Origin: Octopus bimaculoides
Taxonomy: Eukaryota
Length of the DNA stretch: 60,412 bases
Reading direction: 5' to 3'
Assembly: GCF_001194135.2 (NCBI RefSeq)
Contig: NC_068983.1
Coordinates: 78,375,014 to 78,435,425 of the forward strand
Positions 47,994 to 60,377 of the stretch are shown piece by piece. The first letter of the stretch is position 1. Each line of letters opens with the position of its first letter. A program made the translations under genes and the position numbers. The notes beneath the pieces are model-generated. The model was not told the origin of the DNA and made no database searches. It worked only from the letters and a program-made list of their open reading frames with translations.

Positions 47994-48534
47994 TATATAC
48001 ATATATATACATACATACATACATACATATANNNNNNNNNNNNNNNNNNNNNNNNNNNNNNNNNNNNNNNNNNNNNNNNNNNNNNNNNNNNNNNNNNNNN
48101 NNNNNNNNNNNNNNNNNNNNNNNNNNNNNNNNNNNNNNNNNNNNNNNNNNNNNNNNNNNNNNNNNNNNNNNNNNNNNNNNNNNNNNNNNNNNNNNNNNNN
48201 NNNNNNNNNNNNNNNNNNNNNNNNNNNNNNNNNNNNNNNNNNNNNNNNNNNNNNNNNNNNNNNNNNNNNNNNNNNNNNNNNNNNNNNNNNNNNNNNNNNN
48301 NNNNNNNNNNNNNNNNNNNNNNNNNNNNNNNNNNNNNNNNNNNNNNGATCCAAAATTATTTAATTTTGGATCACCTGGTAAACATTGTGTTAACATGTAT
48401 TTTTGGATGTGTTAATTTCAATGATATTTTCTACATTTAAAATCTAAATGTTGACACAACAAAAACAATTGTCAGCTTCATAGGGTGAATTCTACAACTA
48501 AAGATATGATTTCCCTTATCCTATCTTTGTTGTG

Positions 48535-48568
<34 letters not shown>

Positions 48569-48724
48569 CATGTGCATTTGTGGTCATGGAGAAACATCAC
48601 CTTGCTTGGAAATAAGTAGTTGTTGGAAAGAGGAAGAGAATCTGATCATAGAAAATATGCTTCAACAAAATCCACCTGACCCGTTAAAGCATGTAAATAT
48701 CATGATGAAGATGTTTTTGTTTGA

Positions 48725-49030
48725 CATCTTTGATGTCATCCAACTTGATGTATTCATATTCACAATCCTCTTTGACTTCACATCTCTATATTTTTGTTCA
48801 CTTCCCTCTTTCATGTCATCCTTGGTTTGTTAATTCTCTTTGTTATACTTGATGTATTAATGTTCACTTCCTTCTTTATTGTCATACTTGATATATTTAT
48901 GTTCATTATTGCCTTTGATGTCACACTTGGTATATTTGTGTTCACACTTCTACTTATTTCGATGTTATAGTCGATATATCTATGTTCATTGCCTTCTTTG
49001 CAATCATAGCGAATATATTTATGTTTATTA
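48725..49030 (-). repeat. Degenerate 39-bp minisatellite (about 8 units)
   Basis: Minus-strand units such as GAACATAAATATATCAAGTATGACAATAAAGAAGGAAGT and GAACACAAATATACCAAGTGTGACATCAAAGGCAATAAT. Confidence 0.75.
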
Positions 49031-50265
49031 CATTCAGGTCTTCAGTGTAATACATGCATCCTACTGTGTTGTGCATCATTAAATATTAGAGGAAGTTTTT
49101 TTTTAATTGTCATTGCAAAAGCAATTACTGTTTATAAAGTGAATATTTCTAAGTAAAACGCCAACACCTTGAATGATACGCTGCATTTGACAGCTAACCA
49201 TACTGTATAATTTTGGTCTGTCGACTATAATACAACGCCAGACTGATTAAATGCTATACCCATCAATGTCAGCTTGCACTAATGTATTGACATGTGTGTG
49301 CTTATAATTAATTCTGTTTAGTTGAGTATGTTATATCAAACTGATTAGCTTTTATCTTCTTGAATAATGAAGTCATTCCTGAATTTGAGCATTTATACTC
49401 ATGAATGTCTGTCTAATAACTAATATTCCCACTTACTAATGTTATAATAAGAAAAGATCGCATTCATACCAAGAATAATATTTTAATATATTTCTTCCTG
49501 AATGTTAGATTTATGGTTTTGGTATACCTTCACAAATTTTTAGGGCAAGATAAACAATTCAAATTCATATAATTTTGATCTGTAGCTTTAAAAATTAGCA
49601 TTTCTATAATAGACTCATATACAGAATTGTTGATCTTATATCTAAGATACTTCTCCGTATAAAACATCTTTCTATTGTTATTAACATTACAGTTTTAGTG
49701 TCCCCATTGCCATGCCTACCTAGGTCAGATGAAGTTTATTGAGGCAGATTTTCTACAGCATGATGCTGTCCCTGTCACCAACCCTCACCTGTTTCCAAAC
49801 AAGGTAAAATTTTCTTCATTGCTAGATATGTTTTTAAAGAATATTGGAAATGAATGACACTGCATGTGTGACAATGACACTCATCTACAAATATTTCACA
49901 GACAAAATACTAGAGAATTCTTCACATTTCTGGCACTGCCAATACTTACACATGCACACATGTTTTCCACAGGGTTAAATAAAAGAATTACTCAACAACA
50001 CACTGCTATATTTAGCTCATTAATAAACTGGTTCACCTCTATGTCTCTTTTAATCGAACTACAATAGTTTCTGCACTCCTGAATTAGAAAACTCCAAAGC
50101 TCCATACCACTCTCATCAAAGCCCATATGATGCACCCGCTTTTCCACTTTTCTCATTTAAAGCAATGAAGGAGATTCATATCTCTTTAAAATTACACTGT
50201 ATCACCTTGGAATTATCAGGACACATTGGTTATGTACTAATAATACATTATATATAGTCTTGATG

Positions 50266-50605
50266 TGAAGGTGCATGGCTCAGTGGTTAGAGCATTGAGC
50301 TTACAATCATGAGGTTGTAAGCTCAAATCCCGGACTGGGCTGCATGTTGTGTTCTTGAGCAAGACACTTCATTTCATGTTGCTCCAGTTCACTCAGCTAT
50401 AGAAATGAGTTGCGACATCACAGGTGCCACACTGTATCGGCTTTTTCCTCTCCCTTGGATAACATCCGTGACATGGAGAGGGGAGGCTGGTATGCATGGG
50501 CGACTGCTTGTCTTCCATAAACAACCTTGCCCGGACTTGTGCCTGGGAGGGTAACTTTCTAGGTGCAATCCCCCCATGGTCAGTCATGACTGAAAGGGGT
50601 CTCAG
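50266..50605 (+). mobile_element. tRNA-derived SINE family C, full length
   Basis: GAAGGTGCATGGCTCAGTGGTTAGAG A box, GCTCAAATCCCGG B-box-like, GTGTTCTTGAGCAAGACACTT core. Confidence 0.75.
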
Positions 50606-50699
50606 CAGTCTTGATAAGATCATCATATCATCATCCTCATCATCAATATCATCGTCGTCGTCGTCATCATCATCACCATCGTCATCATTATCATCGTTA

Positions 50700-52340
50700 T
50701 TCAACATCTGCTTTCCATACTGTCATATGTTGGACGATTTGGCAGGAGCTGGCCAAACGAAAAGATGCACCAGGCTCCAATTTTCTAATTTGATATGGTT
50801 CCAACAGCTGGATGCCCTTCCCAATGCCGACCACTTTAAAAATTTAGTAGGTGCTTTGACATGGCACCAGCACGTGCACTTTATATGTTGTACTAGCATG
50901 GGTGCTTCCTTTATGTAACATCAGCATGGACACTTTTTAAATGGCACCAGCATGGGTGCTTTTTACATGGCATAATGGATGCATTTTATATGGCAGCAGC
51001 ACCCAGAAGCTCACAAGACAAGGACCTCTCAGCTGAGAGAGGGGTGGGGTCATGGCCATAAAGGTCATACCTGTATATATGGATGGCCATGACATTTAAT
51101 TAGCTTGATGTGTCTTCTCAAGCACAGCAGGTTACCAGTAGTCTTGGTCCCTTGTCATCTCATAAGTGAGGTCCAAAATCTGAAGATCCCTTGTCACCTT
51201 TTTGTCCCACATTTTCCAGGCTCTACCCCTTCTACAATTAGAGATTAATACTTCTTTATATAGCTCTCCTCTTCTATATACATCACATGACCATACCAGC
51301 ATAGCCTTCTTATATCCAATTTTTCTTTTAAATCATTTTCCTTCTGCCATACATACATACTGACATTACCTGCCCAGTAGAGGGTGCTGGCTTCATTTCT
51401 TTCAAACCTTCACATGTCGTCTGTAGTTATAGCCCATGTTTCAGTGCAATGTAGCAGAGCTCTACATACACAGGCATCATACAACCTGCCTTTCACTTTG
51501 ATGGAGAAGCCCTTCATAACCAACAAAGGTTAGCAGCTCCCTGAACTTCGCTCAGCCTGTTCTTATTCTAGCAACTATGCTTTCAGAACATTCTCCTTTG
51601 CTGCTAACTTCGTCTCCTAGATAACAGAAGCTATCTATTTCTTTTAAGAACCCCCTCAGATATTTGAACATTTTTAGTGTTTATTGTACCTGCACATCTG
51701 CCACACGCAAAGACTACTTTCTCTGTTAATCTTCCCTTGATACTGCTGTATGTTTTATGTGTCCATAGCTTGCACAGGGTACACTGTATAGAGCTTCTAC
51801 AAACTCCTTTCCTGTATATTGAGCAGGGCCATCTCCCTGAAGGGATCTGTGATTTGTTTGTTTTCCTACTTATTAGAACTTTAGACTTTGCTAAATTAAT
51901 TCTAATGCCCTTGAATTCCAGACCTTTCTTCCACACCTAAAATTTCCCCTCTAGTTCTGGTAGTGATTCAGCTATATGAACAAGGTCATCAACATAGAGA
52001 ATCTCTCAAGGAAAACCAGTCTTAAATTCCTTTGTTATCACCTAGAGGACTACAATAAACAAGAGGGGGCTGAGAACCTGTTATGTCTCAAGCTACTGCT
52101 ATTTAGCACCTTCAGATGATTTCTACTCAACTGCTACTCAACACTCATACCACGGCTAGACAGCCTCTATTTATATGTCTTGGGAGATCCTACTTCTTTG
52201 CCTGGGGGCGTCGACACAACAAAACCGATCCTTGGTGAACTCACACTAAATACACTGCTATACTCATTTCCAACCTTCACCTCACTGGCAGTATCCCTGT
52301 ACTTGGCTTGTACAGCTCTCATCAACCACTCATCTATCTC
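50700..52340 (-). mobile_element. RTE-clade LINE, 5'-truncated (RT domain to 3' tail)
   Basis: Minus strand: LEIDEWLMRAVQAKYRDTASEVKVGNEYS, HQGSV/LSPLLFIVVL, LYVDDLVHIAES, Cys-rich WPCSIYRKG..CTLCKLWTHK..CGRC, SFCYLGD, RLCWYGHV. Contiguous with the 3' UTR and the (GAT/GAC)n tail at 50620-50700. Confidence 0.88.
52079..52221 (-). mobile_element. Solo LTR (143 bp) inserted in the RTE RT
   Basis: TG...CA ends with 9-bp inverted termini TGTTATGTC / GACACAACA (8/9). Flanking direct repeat GAACC / AAACC (AACC exact). TATAAATAG at 52175-52167 on the minus strand. Removing it rejoins HQGSV-LSPLLF. Confidence 0.7.
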
Positions 52341-53351
52341 TAGCCTCCTCCAGATGGAAAAACGAAATCTGGAAAATGTCTAAGTACCACTACTACTGTT
52401 GATTCTGCTCCTAGTTTTGTGCCACATCCATACACAAATTCCCAATCCGCTCAGTATTTCTGCCTCCCATTTCCTATTTTATGTCTCTTACATCCTAGTA
52501 CTGCACTAACAACTCCACCCAGATTTTCTTGCAAAAATACAAGCCTTCTGGGATTCTCTGCCTTCCCATGTTTTGTTTTTTTTTCTAATTTTCTATAGCC
52601 ATTTACTTGCAACTGTTCAAGAATAAACATTAACCACATCAATTTCACCAAGTTACAGATCAAATACAAAGGAAACAGTGAAGCTGATGAATACATTTAT
52701 AAACATCCTCTGGTGCAAAATGAAAAGAACCACATAGAAATGACATGCTACGTTCACCCAATTTCCAAATAAATCATTATTTAACAGAAGTGACTGCTAA
52801 GATTAATTTAACTGAGTTAATTACTATTTTATGGTGTATTTATAGGCATAAAGCTGCACATCATAGAATTTTTGGAGACATTAAAGGATTCCAGATGTGT
52901 ATTTTATGAGCCAATGAGGGAGCTTGTGATTACTAAGACTAATTAAACTGACTTAATTACTATTTTATAAGCACCATACTATAGAATTTTTGTAGACATT
53001 CTGGGATTCCAGCATGACTGTCCTGTTTGGTTTTGTTTGTTTTGTATAGGAGGTAATTGCTCATGTACATATTTGACAATTTTACCCAAACAACAAATAT
53101 TTAACATTGCACCAGTTCATGGATTAACCTCCCTTTTGATTGGAAAAGGATTGCTTAAGACCATTGATACCATTCACTCAGAATAACTTAATATTCTAGA
53201 AAAAATTTCTATCTTACCATACCAACTTTGTAGATATTCTTACAAATAGAATATATTCAAGGATTTAATTGTAAGATACGATGTGGTTTTTAATCTAAAT
53301 CTAATCAATAACACTAAGTGCATTTTGTTTACTTCTATTTTCATTTACCGT

Positions 53352-53738
53352 GGAGGCGCAATGGCCCAGTGGTTAGGGCAGTGGACTCACGGTCATAGGA
53401 TCGTGGTTTCGATTCCCAGACCGGGCATTGTGAGTGTTTATTGAGCGAAAACACCTAAAGCTCCACAAGGCTCCTGCAGGGGATGGTGGCGAACCTTGCT
53501 GTACTCTTTCACCACAACTTTCTCTCACTCTTACTTCCTGTTTCTGTTGTGCCTGTAATTCAAAGGGTCAGCCTTGTCACACTGTGTCACACTGAATATC
53601 CCCGAGAACTATATTAAGGGTACACGTGTCTGTGGAGTGCTCAGCCACTTGCACGTTAATTTCATGAGCAGGCTGTTCTGTTGATCGGATCAACTGGAAC
53701 CCTGAATGTCGTAAGCGTCGGAGTGCCAACAACAACAA
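53352..53738 (+). mobile_element. tRNA-derived SINE family B, full length
   Basis: GGAGGCGCAATGGCCCAGTGGTTAGGGC A box, GGTTTCGATTCCC B box and a (CAA)n tail. Confidence 0.85.
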
Positions 53739-55325
53739 ATTTCATTTACCACTAAAACCTCTAACTGGAAATTCTCCCATTCAGATGAGTCAAGAATTGA
53801 GAACAATGTTTCAAGAAGGGTGACGTGAATATCTGTTGTTGAACTTTTACAGGACTTTGTTAGGGTTAGTTATTGAATATAGTAGATGTAAGCTTAACCA
53901 ACTGCATCCTTTAATTCTTGTGATGTTAACTACAAGATAGGATAGTTGACAGATTGTAGAATCTCTCAAACATAAACAAGGAAATATTATACAACTCATT
54001 CCTTTATAGCTTTCAAGTCAAGGGTTATATATAGGCTTTAAACATCTTTGGCCTAACAGTATTGTCATAAGAAGACATAGAAGAGGTCTCAGCTGGGTAT
54101 GATCCATATGTGCAGAAAGACACTATAAAGGCCCAGTAATCATCCTGGTTTATTCCAGCAATTACGGATTGCTGATCTGTCAAAACTAGTATCATCTTTA
54201 TGACAGACCAGTTATTAACTGAGACTACTTGCTCCTGCCTTGCAGACAGATTTCCCATGTCCTGTTAGATGGGATGAAACTGAGACAGCCAAGTTAACTT
54301 CTTCGTTCTCAGTCATAGCACTTTTTAAATCTCAGTTGCACTGTAGTGAATATTGAGAGTTGAGAGAGAAAACATTGTTTCAGTTACAATGGCCATATAA
54401 AATTCACAATGGTAGATTTAACAAATGTGAATGAATGTACCAATAGGTGAAGCATGGGAAAAAACATTTGTTTTGAATAATAAATAGTGTCCTACAATTC
54501 ATGCAAAAATGTTCTATTTCTTGATTTTTCTATTTTTTTCATTTGTTATTTATTTTTGTTCTGTTTTGGAAATGTATGTCATCATCAGTATTTATCAACA
54601 GTTTTTTTTTCTGTGTTGGTATTGATTGCATGAGACCAACTGAAGTGATCTTTATAAAACTAGATGCCCTTCTCATTCTCAACTTTCACTTGGTTCCAAG
54701 TAAACTGTTTGATTCTTTCATCCTTCAAGTCATAAACCCTTCAATGACCAGGTATGATTTTCATAGTAGATGTAAACAATGATGCCAGCTAAACAGTATC
54801 ATGACATTGCTTTCAAACACCTTACAAATAATATTTAGATATCAGGTGGACCAAAATGCCCAGCCACACATGTCTGTATCAATATTCATAAATATTTTAT
54901 GGATTTCTGTACAGTTTCCATATATCAATGTCATTCACTGACATCGGTCAGCCCAAGACTAAAAATAGACACTTACCTATTGACTCAACACAGCATGAAC
55001 AAACATGAAACCTTGTGGTTGTGATGTAAACTTCTTAATCACATGACCATACTTGCACCTATAAATATAGGTAGATAGATAGACAGACAGACAAACAGAC
55101 AAATGGATGGACTGGCAAATGGACGGACAGACAGAGAGACAGACACACAGACAGATGGATGGACAGACTGACGAATGGATGGACGGACAGATGGATGAAT
55201 GGTCAAATGGATGGATAGACAGGCAGGTAGACCTGCAGGCAAGTGGGCAGCCAGACAGGTAGTCAAGTGGACAGGTGGGCAGATAGACATATAGACAGAT
55301 AAACTGATAGTTAGATATATCAAGA

Positions 55326-56269
55326 TTACGTTTTGTTTGCAATGTCCTGTACCCAGATATGCACCTATACATACAGGTGGATGTCGGTATGCACATACCT
55401 GTACGTATATATGCATATACTCATTTACTATTTGTTTTTACATGACCGAACGCAGCGTCACCAATCTGTAAGTAGTTTTCGCAACTTTATATTTTCCGAC
55501 GCTACTCTATCTCTTTCTCTTCCTCTTCAATTTTTCCCCCTCTCGTTCTTCCTCTGTTTACTACTACGTATCTCTCTTTACCCCTCTCGTTCTTCATCTG
55601 TTACTACTACGTATCTCCTTTTCCCCCCTCGTACTTCCTCTCTTCCTCTTTTCCTCTCGTTGCTCACCTACTCTTCTACTTCCTCCCTTTGTTTCTCCCT
55701 CTACCACTCTCTCTCTCTTCCCCTNNNNNNNNNNNNNNNNNNNNNNNNNNNNNNNNNNNNNNNNNNNNNNNNNNNNNNNNNNNNNNNNNNNNNNNNNNNN
55801 NNNNNNNNNNNNNNNNNNNNNNNNNNNNNNNNNNNNNAATCCTTTTCTTCCTTGGCTATCACCGAGCAAACACGCGAACTTACTTCGTCCCCACTTTCAA
55901 GTTCGTGCCTCACAGCGTTCATACACATAATTTTTCCCGTCTGGCCATATAGCCTTTTCTGTTTGTTTTCCTGTCTTGTTTTTTGTCCGCTACTACATTC
56001 CTCCATGGCAAGGTTTAATTTGTGTGTACAAATTTAATTTGCGGCCTATGGGAAGAGCCGTTTTAGCGATGCGTCCTGCCCAGCTCTTCAAAACGCCGGT
56101 GTTAAAACGGGGGTAGCTGATGAAGAAGAATGTTCTCTATGTGGCTTGTGTGTTTTCTCGTCTACGTTTTGTTTGCAATGTCCTGTACCCAGATATGCAC
56201 CTATACATACAGGTGGATGTCGGTATGCACATACCTGTACGTATATATGCATATACTCATTTACTATTT

Positions 56270-56273
<4 letters not shown>
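55326..56273 (+). mobile_element. CpG-rich insert bounded by about 110-bp direct repeats (class unresolved, possibly Penelope-like)
   Basis: TACGTTTTGTTTGCAATG...TACTATTTGTTT at 55326-55437 and 56163-56273. The interior has a duplicated unit of about 45 bp and a gap. Confidence 0.45.
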
Positions 56274-56300
<27 letters not shown>

Positions 56301-57299
56301 ACTTCATTTATTAAACTTTAAAATCACAGTAACCCAAACATGTACTCAACTAAAAGGCATTGAATAATTCTTCAGTTTAATGTTAAATTGTATATATATT
56401 TGACTTGACATAAAAACATTCATATATTTTAACATATTCTTGTTCATTTGTTTAATTACTAACTGTACTGCTATAGAATATATGTTGTTGCTTAGCCAAG
56501 AGTTAGTCTTAATAGAACAAGTCAATAACCAAAGCATTCCTGGGATGACCATCCTGTCTGTCTTTAATTTTGTTTATCTTTAGACTTAGTATATCTCAGG
56601 CTACATTATCTAACAAATCTTTTCCTTTTAAAAAAGGCAGGATATGATTTGCACGATATTTGGTTTCTATTTCTGGTTGAACATCGAACCACATAAAATA
56701 TCTTTCTTCAACACAAAGACATATATGTTAGTTTCTATGAGAGTGCAGTGAATTGTTCTGTTTTTGAACTGTATTGAACTCTAATACTGCATCTTTGAAA
56801 GTTGCATGGTAAATATGGAAATAATTGAAAAAAGAAAAGCCATCATCATCATCATCATCATTGACGTCTTTAAAATATCATCCTCAACATAATTATGTTT
56901 TCTTTTTTTATTTTCATGTATTTCATAACCTGGCTACACAATTCACTTTTGTCGTTCTTTTAGTTGTTGTTTATTTCTTTTATATAAAAGAGGCCTTCTA
57001 TTTCATTCATGTTTGGCAATAAAAAAAAAAGAAGAGAAAAAAAGAGAAAAAATATTCCAAAAAATAAAACAGAAAATAGAAAGAAACAGAAAGAAACTGC
57101 ATGAATATCTTGGCAATGTTCAGAAAGGGAACTATAGCAGAAGACAACGTCATTTCATTACTGTTTTGGTATTTATTTTCACACAGCCATATATAACTAG
57201 TTATGTATATACATATATCTGCACACAAATACAAGCGTATATACACACAGCTACATGCTCAGATGCAAGCATATATATACACACATCTACACACGCACA

Positions 57300-57345
<46 letters not shown>

Positions 57346-57399
57346 NNNNNNNNNNNNNNNNNNNNNNNNNNNNNNCACATATTTATATTTATATATGTA

Positions 57400-57453
<54 letters not shown>

Positions 57454-58044
57454 TATGTGTAGATGTATCTCTCTCTCCTTTTTTATTTTTTCTCCACCTC
57501 TTTTCTTGCCTCATTCCTTTCTGTCAAAAGCTCTTCTATTTTTCCTGAGCATCAAACTAATGTTCCTTGTTTGTTGTTCTCGCACCTGTCTCTGTTTTGT
57601 CTTTTGTTTTTTGTACAATTCGGAAACACACACATACATATAGATGCACCTTAGTGGTGTGGTTAAGAATTTTACTTTACAGCCATGTGATTTCAGATTT
57701 GGTCTCACTTTACAGCATCTTGTGTGTGTTCTGCTATATCCCCAAGCTAACAAATGCCATATGATGGAGTTTGTGAGAAGGAAACTGTATGAAGCTTGTT
57801 GTTTACTATATATGTGTATGTATGTGTTTGTGTGTCTGTTTCTGTGTGTATGCACGTATATATTGGCATGATACCGGCATCTACAATGAGTGCGACTTTG
57901 CTCGGCTTGATGGGTCTTCTCAAGCATAACATAATGCCAAAAGTCTCGGTCATTGCCTCCCATAAGGCCCAGTGGTTGAAAGGAACTCATCTACTTTATC
58001 TCTGTGAGGTCCAACACTCAGAAGGAAATGTATATGTGTGTGTG

Positions 58045-58205
58045 TGTGCATGTAGCTGTGTGGTAAGAAGCTTGCTTCCTAACCACATAGTTCTAGGTTC
58101 ACTCCCACTATGTGGCTCCTTGAGCAAGTGTCTTCTACTATAGCCTCAAGTTGGTCAAAGCCTTGTGAGAGTGTTTTATAGATGGAAACTAAAAGAAGAC
58201 TGTCG

Positions 58206-58241
<36 letters not shown>

Positions 58242-58244
58242 CCT
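58045..58244 (+). mobile_element. SINE family A 5' half, running into a gap
   Basis: TAGCTGTGTGGTAAGAAGCTTGCTTCCTAACCAC...CTTGAGCAAGTGTCTTCTACTATAGCC. Confidence 0.8.
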
Positions 58245-59069
58245 NNNNNNNNNNNNNNNNNNNNNNNNNNNNNNNNNNNNNNNNNNNNNNNNNNNNNNNN
58301 NNNNNNNNNNNNNNNNNNNNNNNNNNNNNNNNNNNNNNNNNNNNNNNNNNNNNNNNNNNNNNNNNNNNNNNNNNNNNNNNNNNNNNNNNNNNNNNNNNNN
58401 NNNNNNNNNNNNNNNNNNNNNNNNNNNNNNNNNNNNNNNNNNNNNNNNNNNNNNNNNNNNNNNNNNNNNNNNNNNNNNNNNNNNNNNNNNNNNNNNNNNN
58501 NNNNNNNNNNNNNNNNNNNNNNNNNNNNNNNNNNNNNNNNNNNNNNNNNNNNNNNNNNNNNNNNNNNNNNNNNNNNNNNNNNNNNNNNNNNNNNNNNNNN
58601 NNNNNNNNNNNNNNNNNNNNNNNNNNNNNNNNNNNNNNNNNNNNNNNNNNNNNNNNNNNNNNNNNNNNNNNNNNNNNNNNNNNNNNNNNNNNNNNNNNNN
58701 NNNNNNNNNNNNNNNNNNNNNNNNNNNNNNNNNNNNNNNNNNNNNNNNNNNNNNNNNNNNNNNNNNNNNNNNNNNNNNNNNNNNNNNNNNNNNNNNNNNN
58801 NNNNNNNNNNNNNNNNNNNNNNNNNNNNNNNNNNNNNNNNNNNNNNNNNNNNNNNNNNNNNNNNNNNNNNNNNNNNNNNNNNNNNNNNNNNNNNNNNNNN
58901 NNNNNNNNNNNNNNNNNNNNNNNNNNNNNNNNNNNNNNNNNNNNNNNNNNNNNNNNNNNNNNNNNNNNNNNNNNNNNNNNNNNNNNNNNNNNNNNNNNNN
59001 NNNNNNNNNNNNNNNNNNNNNNNNNNNNNNNNNNGTTCTGCTAATTACAACGTAATAGTAAATATCAAA

Positions 59070-59400
59070 TGTCTTCGTTTTGGCGCGCTAATTCCGGAAA
59101 TATCTCTGCAGAAAATGGTTACTGCGTAGCATATATCCAATTTGAGAACTTGGTTATGGTTAATCAAATTGAAACATAGGGTAAAAAATCAGATATTAAT
59201 TAATATCGATTTATTACCAGGAAGCTAGCACATTGAAAGAATCAGAGAGATTCAGAAAAAATATCTGAGATCTTAGGGGATTAAAGTATATGTTTATATA
59301 TAACGATGACCACTAAAGTGGACATTTAATGTGCTAGAAGATCACATGTAACCATTTTCTGCAAAGATATTTCCGGAATTAGCGCGCCAAAACGAAGACA
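59070..59400. mobile_element. MITE-like element with 53-bp TIRs
   Basis: 59070-59122 is the reverse complement of 59348-59400 with one mismatch. Confidence 0.8.
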
Positions 59401-59659
59401 ATATCCACCCTCAATCGTAGACAAGGGAATTAAATGTGCCAAAAAATTAGACATAAAAACACTAACAACAACAAAAAATAACATCACAACTCATCTCAAA
59501 ACACTACTATTTATATCAACACACAACCCCAGAAACAGTGAGGCATTCAACACTATTGTGCAAAATCTTCCTTTACTAACTAGAGATCCAAAATGAATGA
59601 CATCCTGAAAACGAACAAACTCATCAAATGCAAAAAGCAACACAAATTGCTAAAGAGAC

Positions 59660-60145
59660 TGGATCTATTTTAAAACGGGGGCCACAGTATTTTCTTAACG
59701 AAACACTTTGAAACTTGGAACACTGGTAGAATGTGTCATATAAAACGTCTTTTTCTCTTAGTCTTCTTTTAAAAAAAAGAAATCCCTAAGTTATTCCATG
59801 TTAAAGTTGTCGTATTTCTGTAATTTCAACCAATCACTGACGTCCATTCAGCCGATATACATTAAGTGCCTACTACATGAACAAACGATTCTGAAACAAT
59901 TCTATCGGTGATAAAATTATTATTTCCTTGTCAAAAAATGGCTGAAGCATATTGGCAGTAGCTAATAAACCTTTCTATTATAGGCTAACCTTAACCCTAG
60001 GGTTAGGGTAAAACAGCAAATTTAAAAAGAAAAAAGCAAATAAAACGAAGAAAAAAAAAGAAAATGAAAAAAGCAAATAAAACGAAGCAAAAAGAAAATG
60101 AAAAAAAAGCAAATTTAACGAAGAAAAACGAACACAGGTGTTGCC
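59660..60145. mobile_element. Second, rearranged copy of the 34738-35382 MITE family
   Basis: Colinear with 34735-35040 from TGGATCTA to CTTTCTATTATAG, rejoining at GAACAC..GTGTTGCCTCTC. No right TIR is seen. Confidence 0.75.
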
Positions 60146-60377
60146 TCTCTTATATTTTTATTATGATCACGAAGGATCGAAAATACAGATGGGTACAATA
60201 CAGGACAAACAAATAAACAAAATGTGCGAGTTCTATGATTTTTTAAAAATTACGATTGTCTTTTTTTTTTAAAAATTACAATGGTTTTAATATATGTTCA
60301 TTGACTTTTTTTTATCCTCTTTCAATTATACAAGCATACATATGCGTATACACACACACACATCTATACACGCATAC

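Larger units (their letters stand above)
10956..59034. other. 13 assembly gaps (N runs)
   Basis: 10956-11067, 17642-18537, 20025-20946, 22551-22682, 25920-26008, 28979-29079, 32485-32494, 33267-33647, 46771-46919, 48032-48346, 55725-55837, 57346-57375 and 58245-59034. Many are flanked by (TA)n. Confidence 0.98.

Noticed and set aside
5365-53430. tRNA-like heads with A and B boxes (5365, 23308, 50266, 53352 and others)
   Set aside because: Each continues into a shared SINE body and tail with no complete cloverleaf or acceptor stem, so they are SINEs, not tRNA genes.
54940-54985. Perfect minus-strand donor AG|GTAAGT near 54978
   Set aside because: The upstream sequence is a degenerate SINE head and the nearby frames close quickly.
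6736-59129. Most ORFs in the supplied track (poly-YI, HT, CV, L, S or X-filled peptides)
   Set aside because: They are translations of (TA)n, (CA)n and (ATT)n microsatellites or N gaps and have no coding signal.
59985-60008. TTAGGG/CCCTAA motifs as an interstitial telomere or fusion site
   Set aside because: Only about two units on each side, embedded in a MITE copy; too short to call telomeric.
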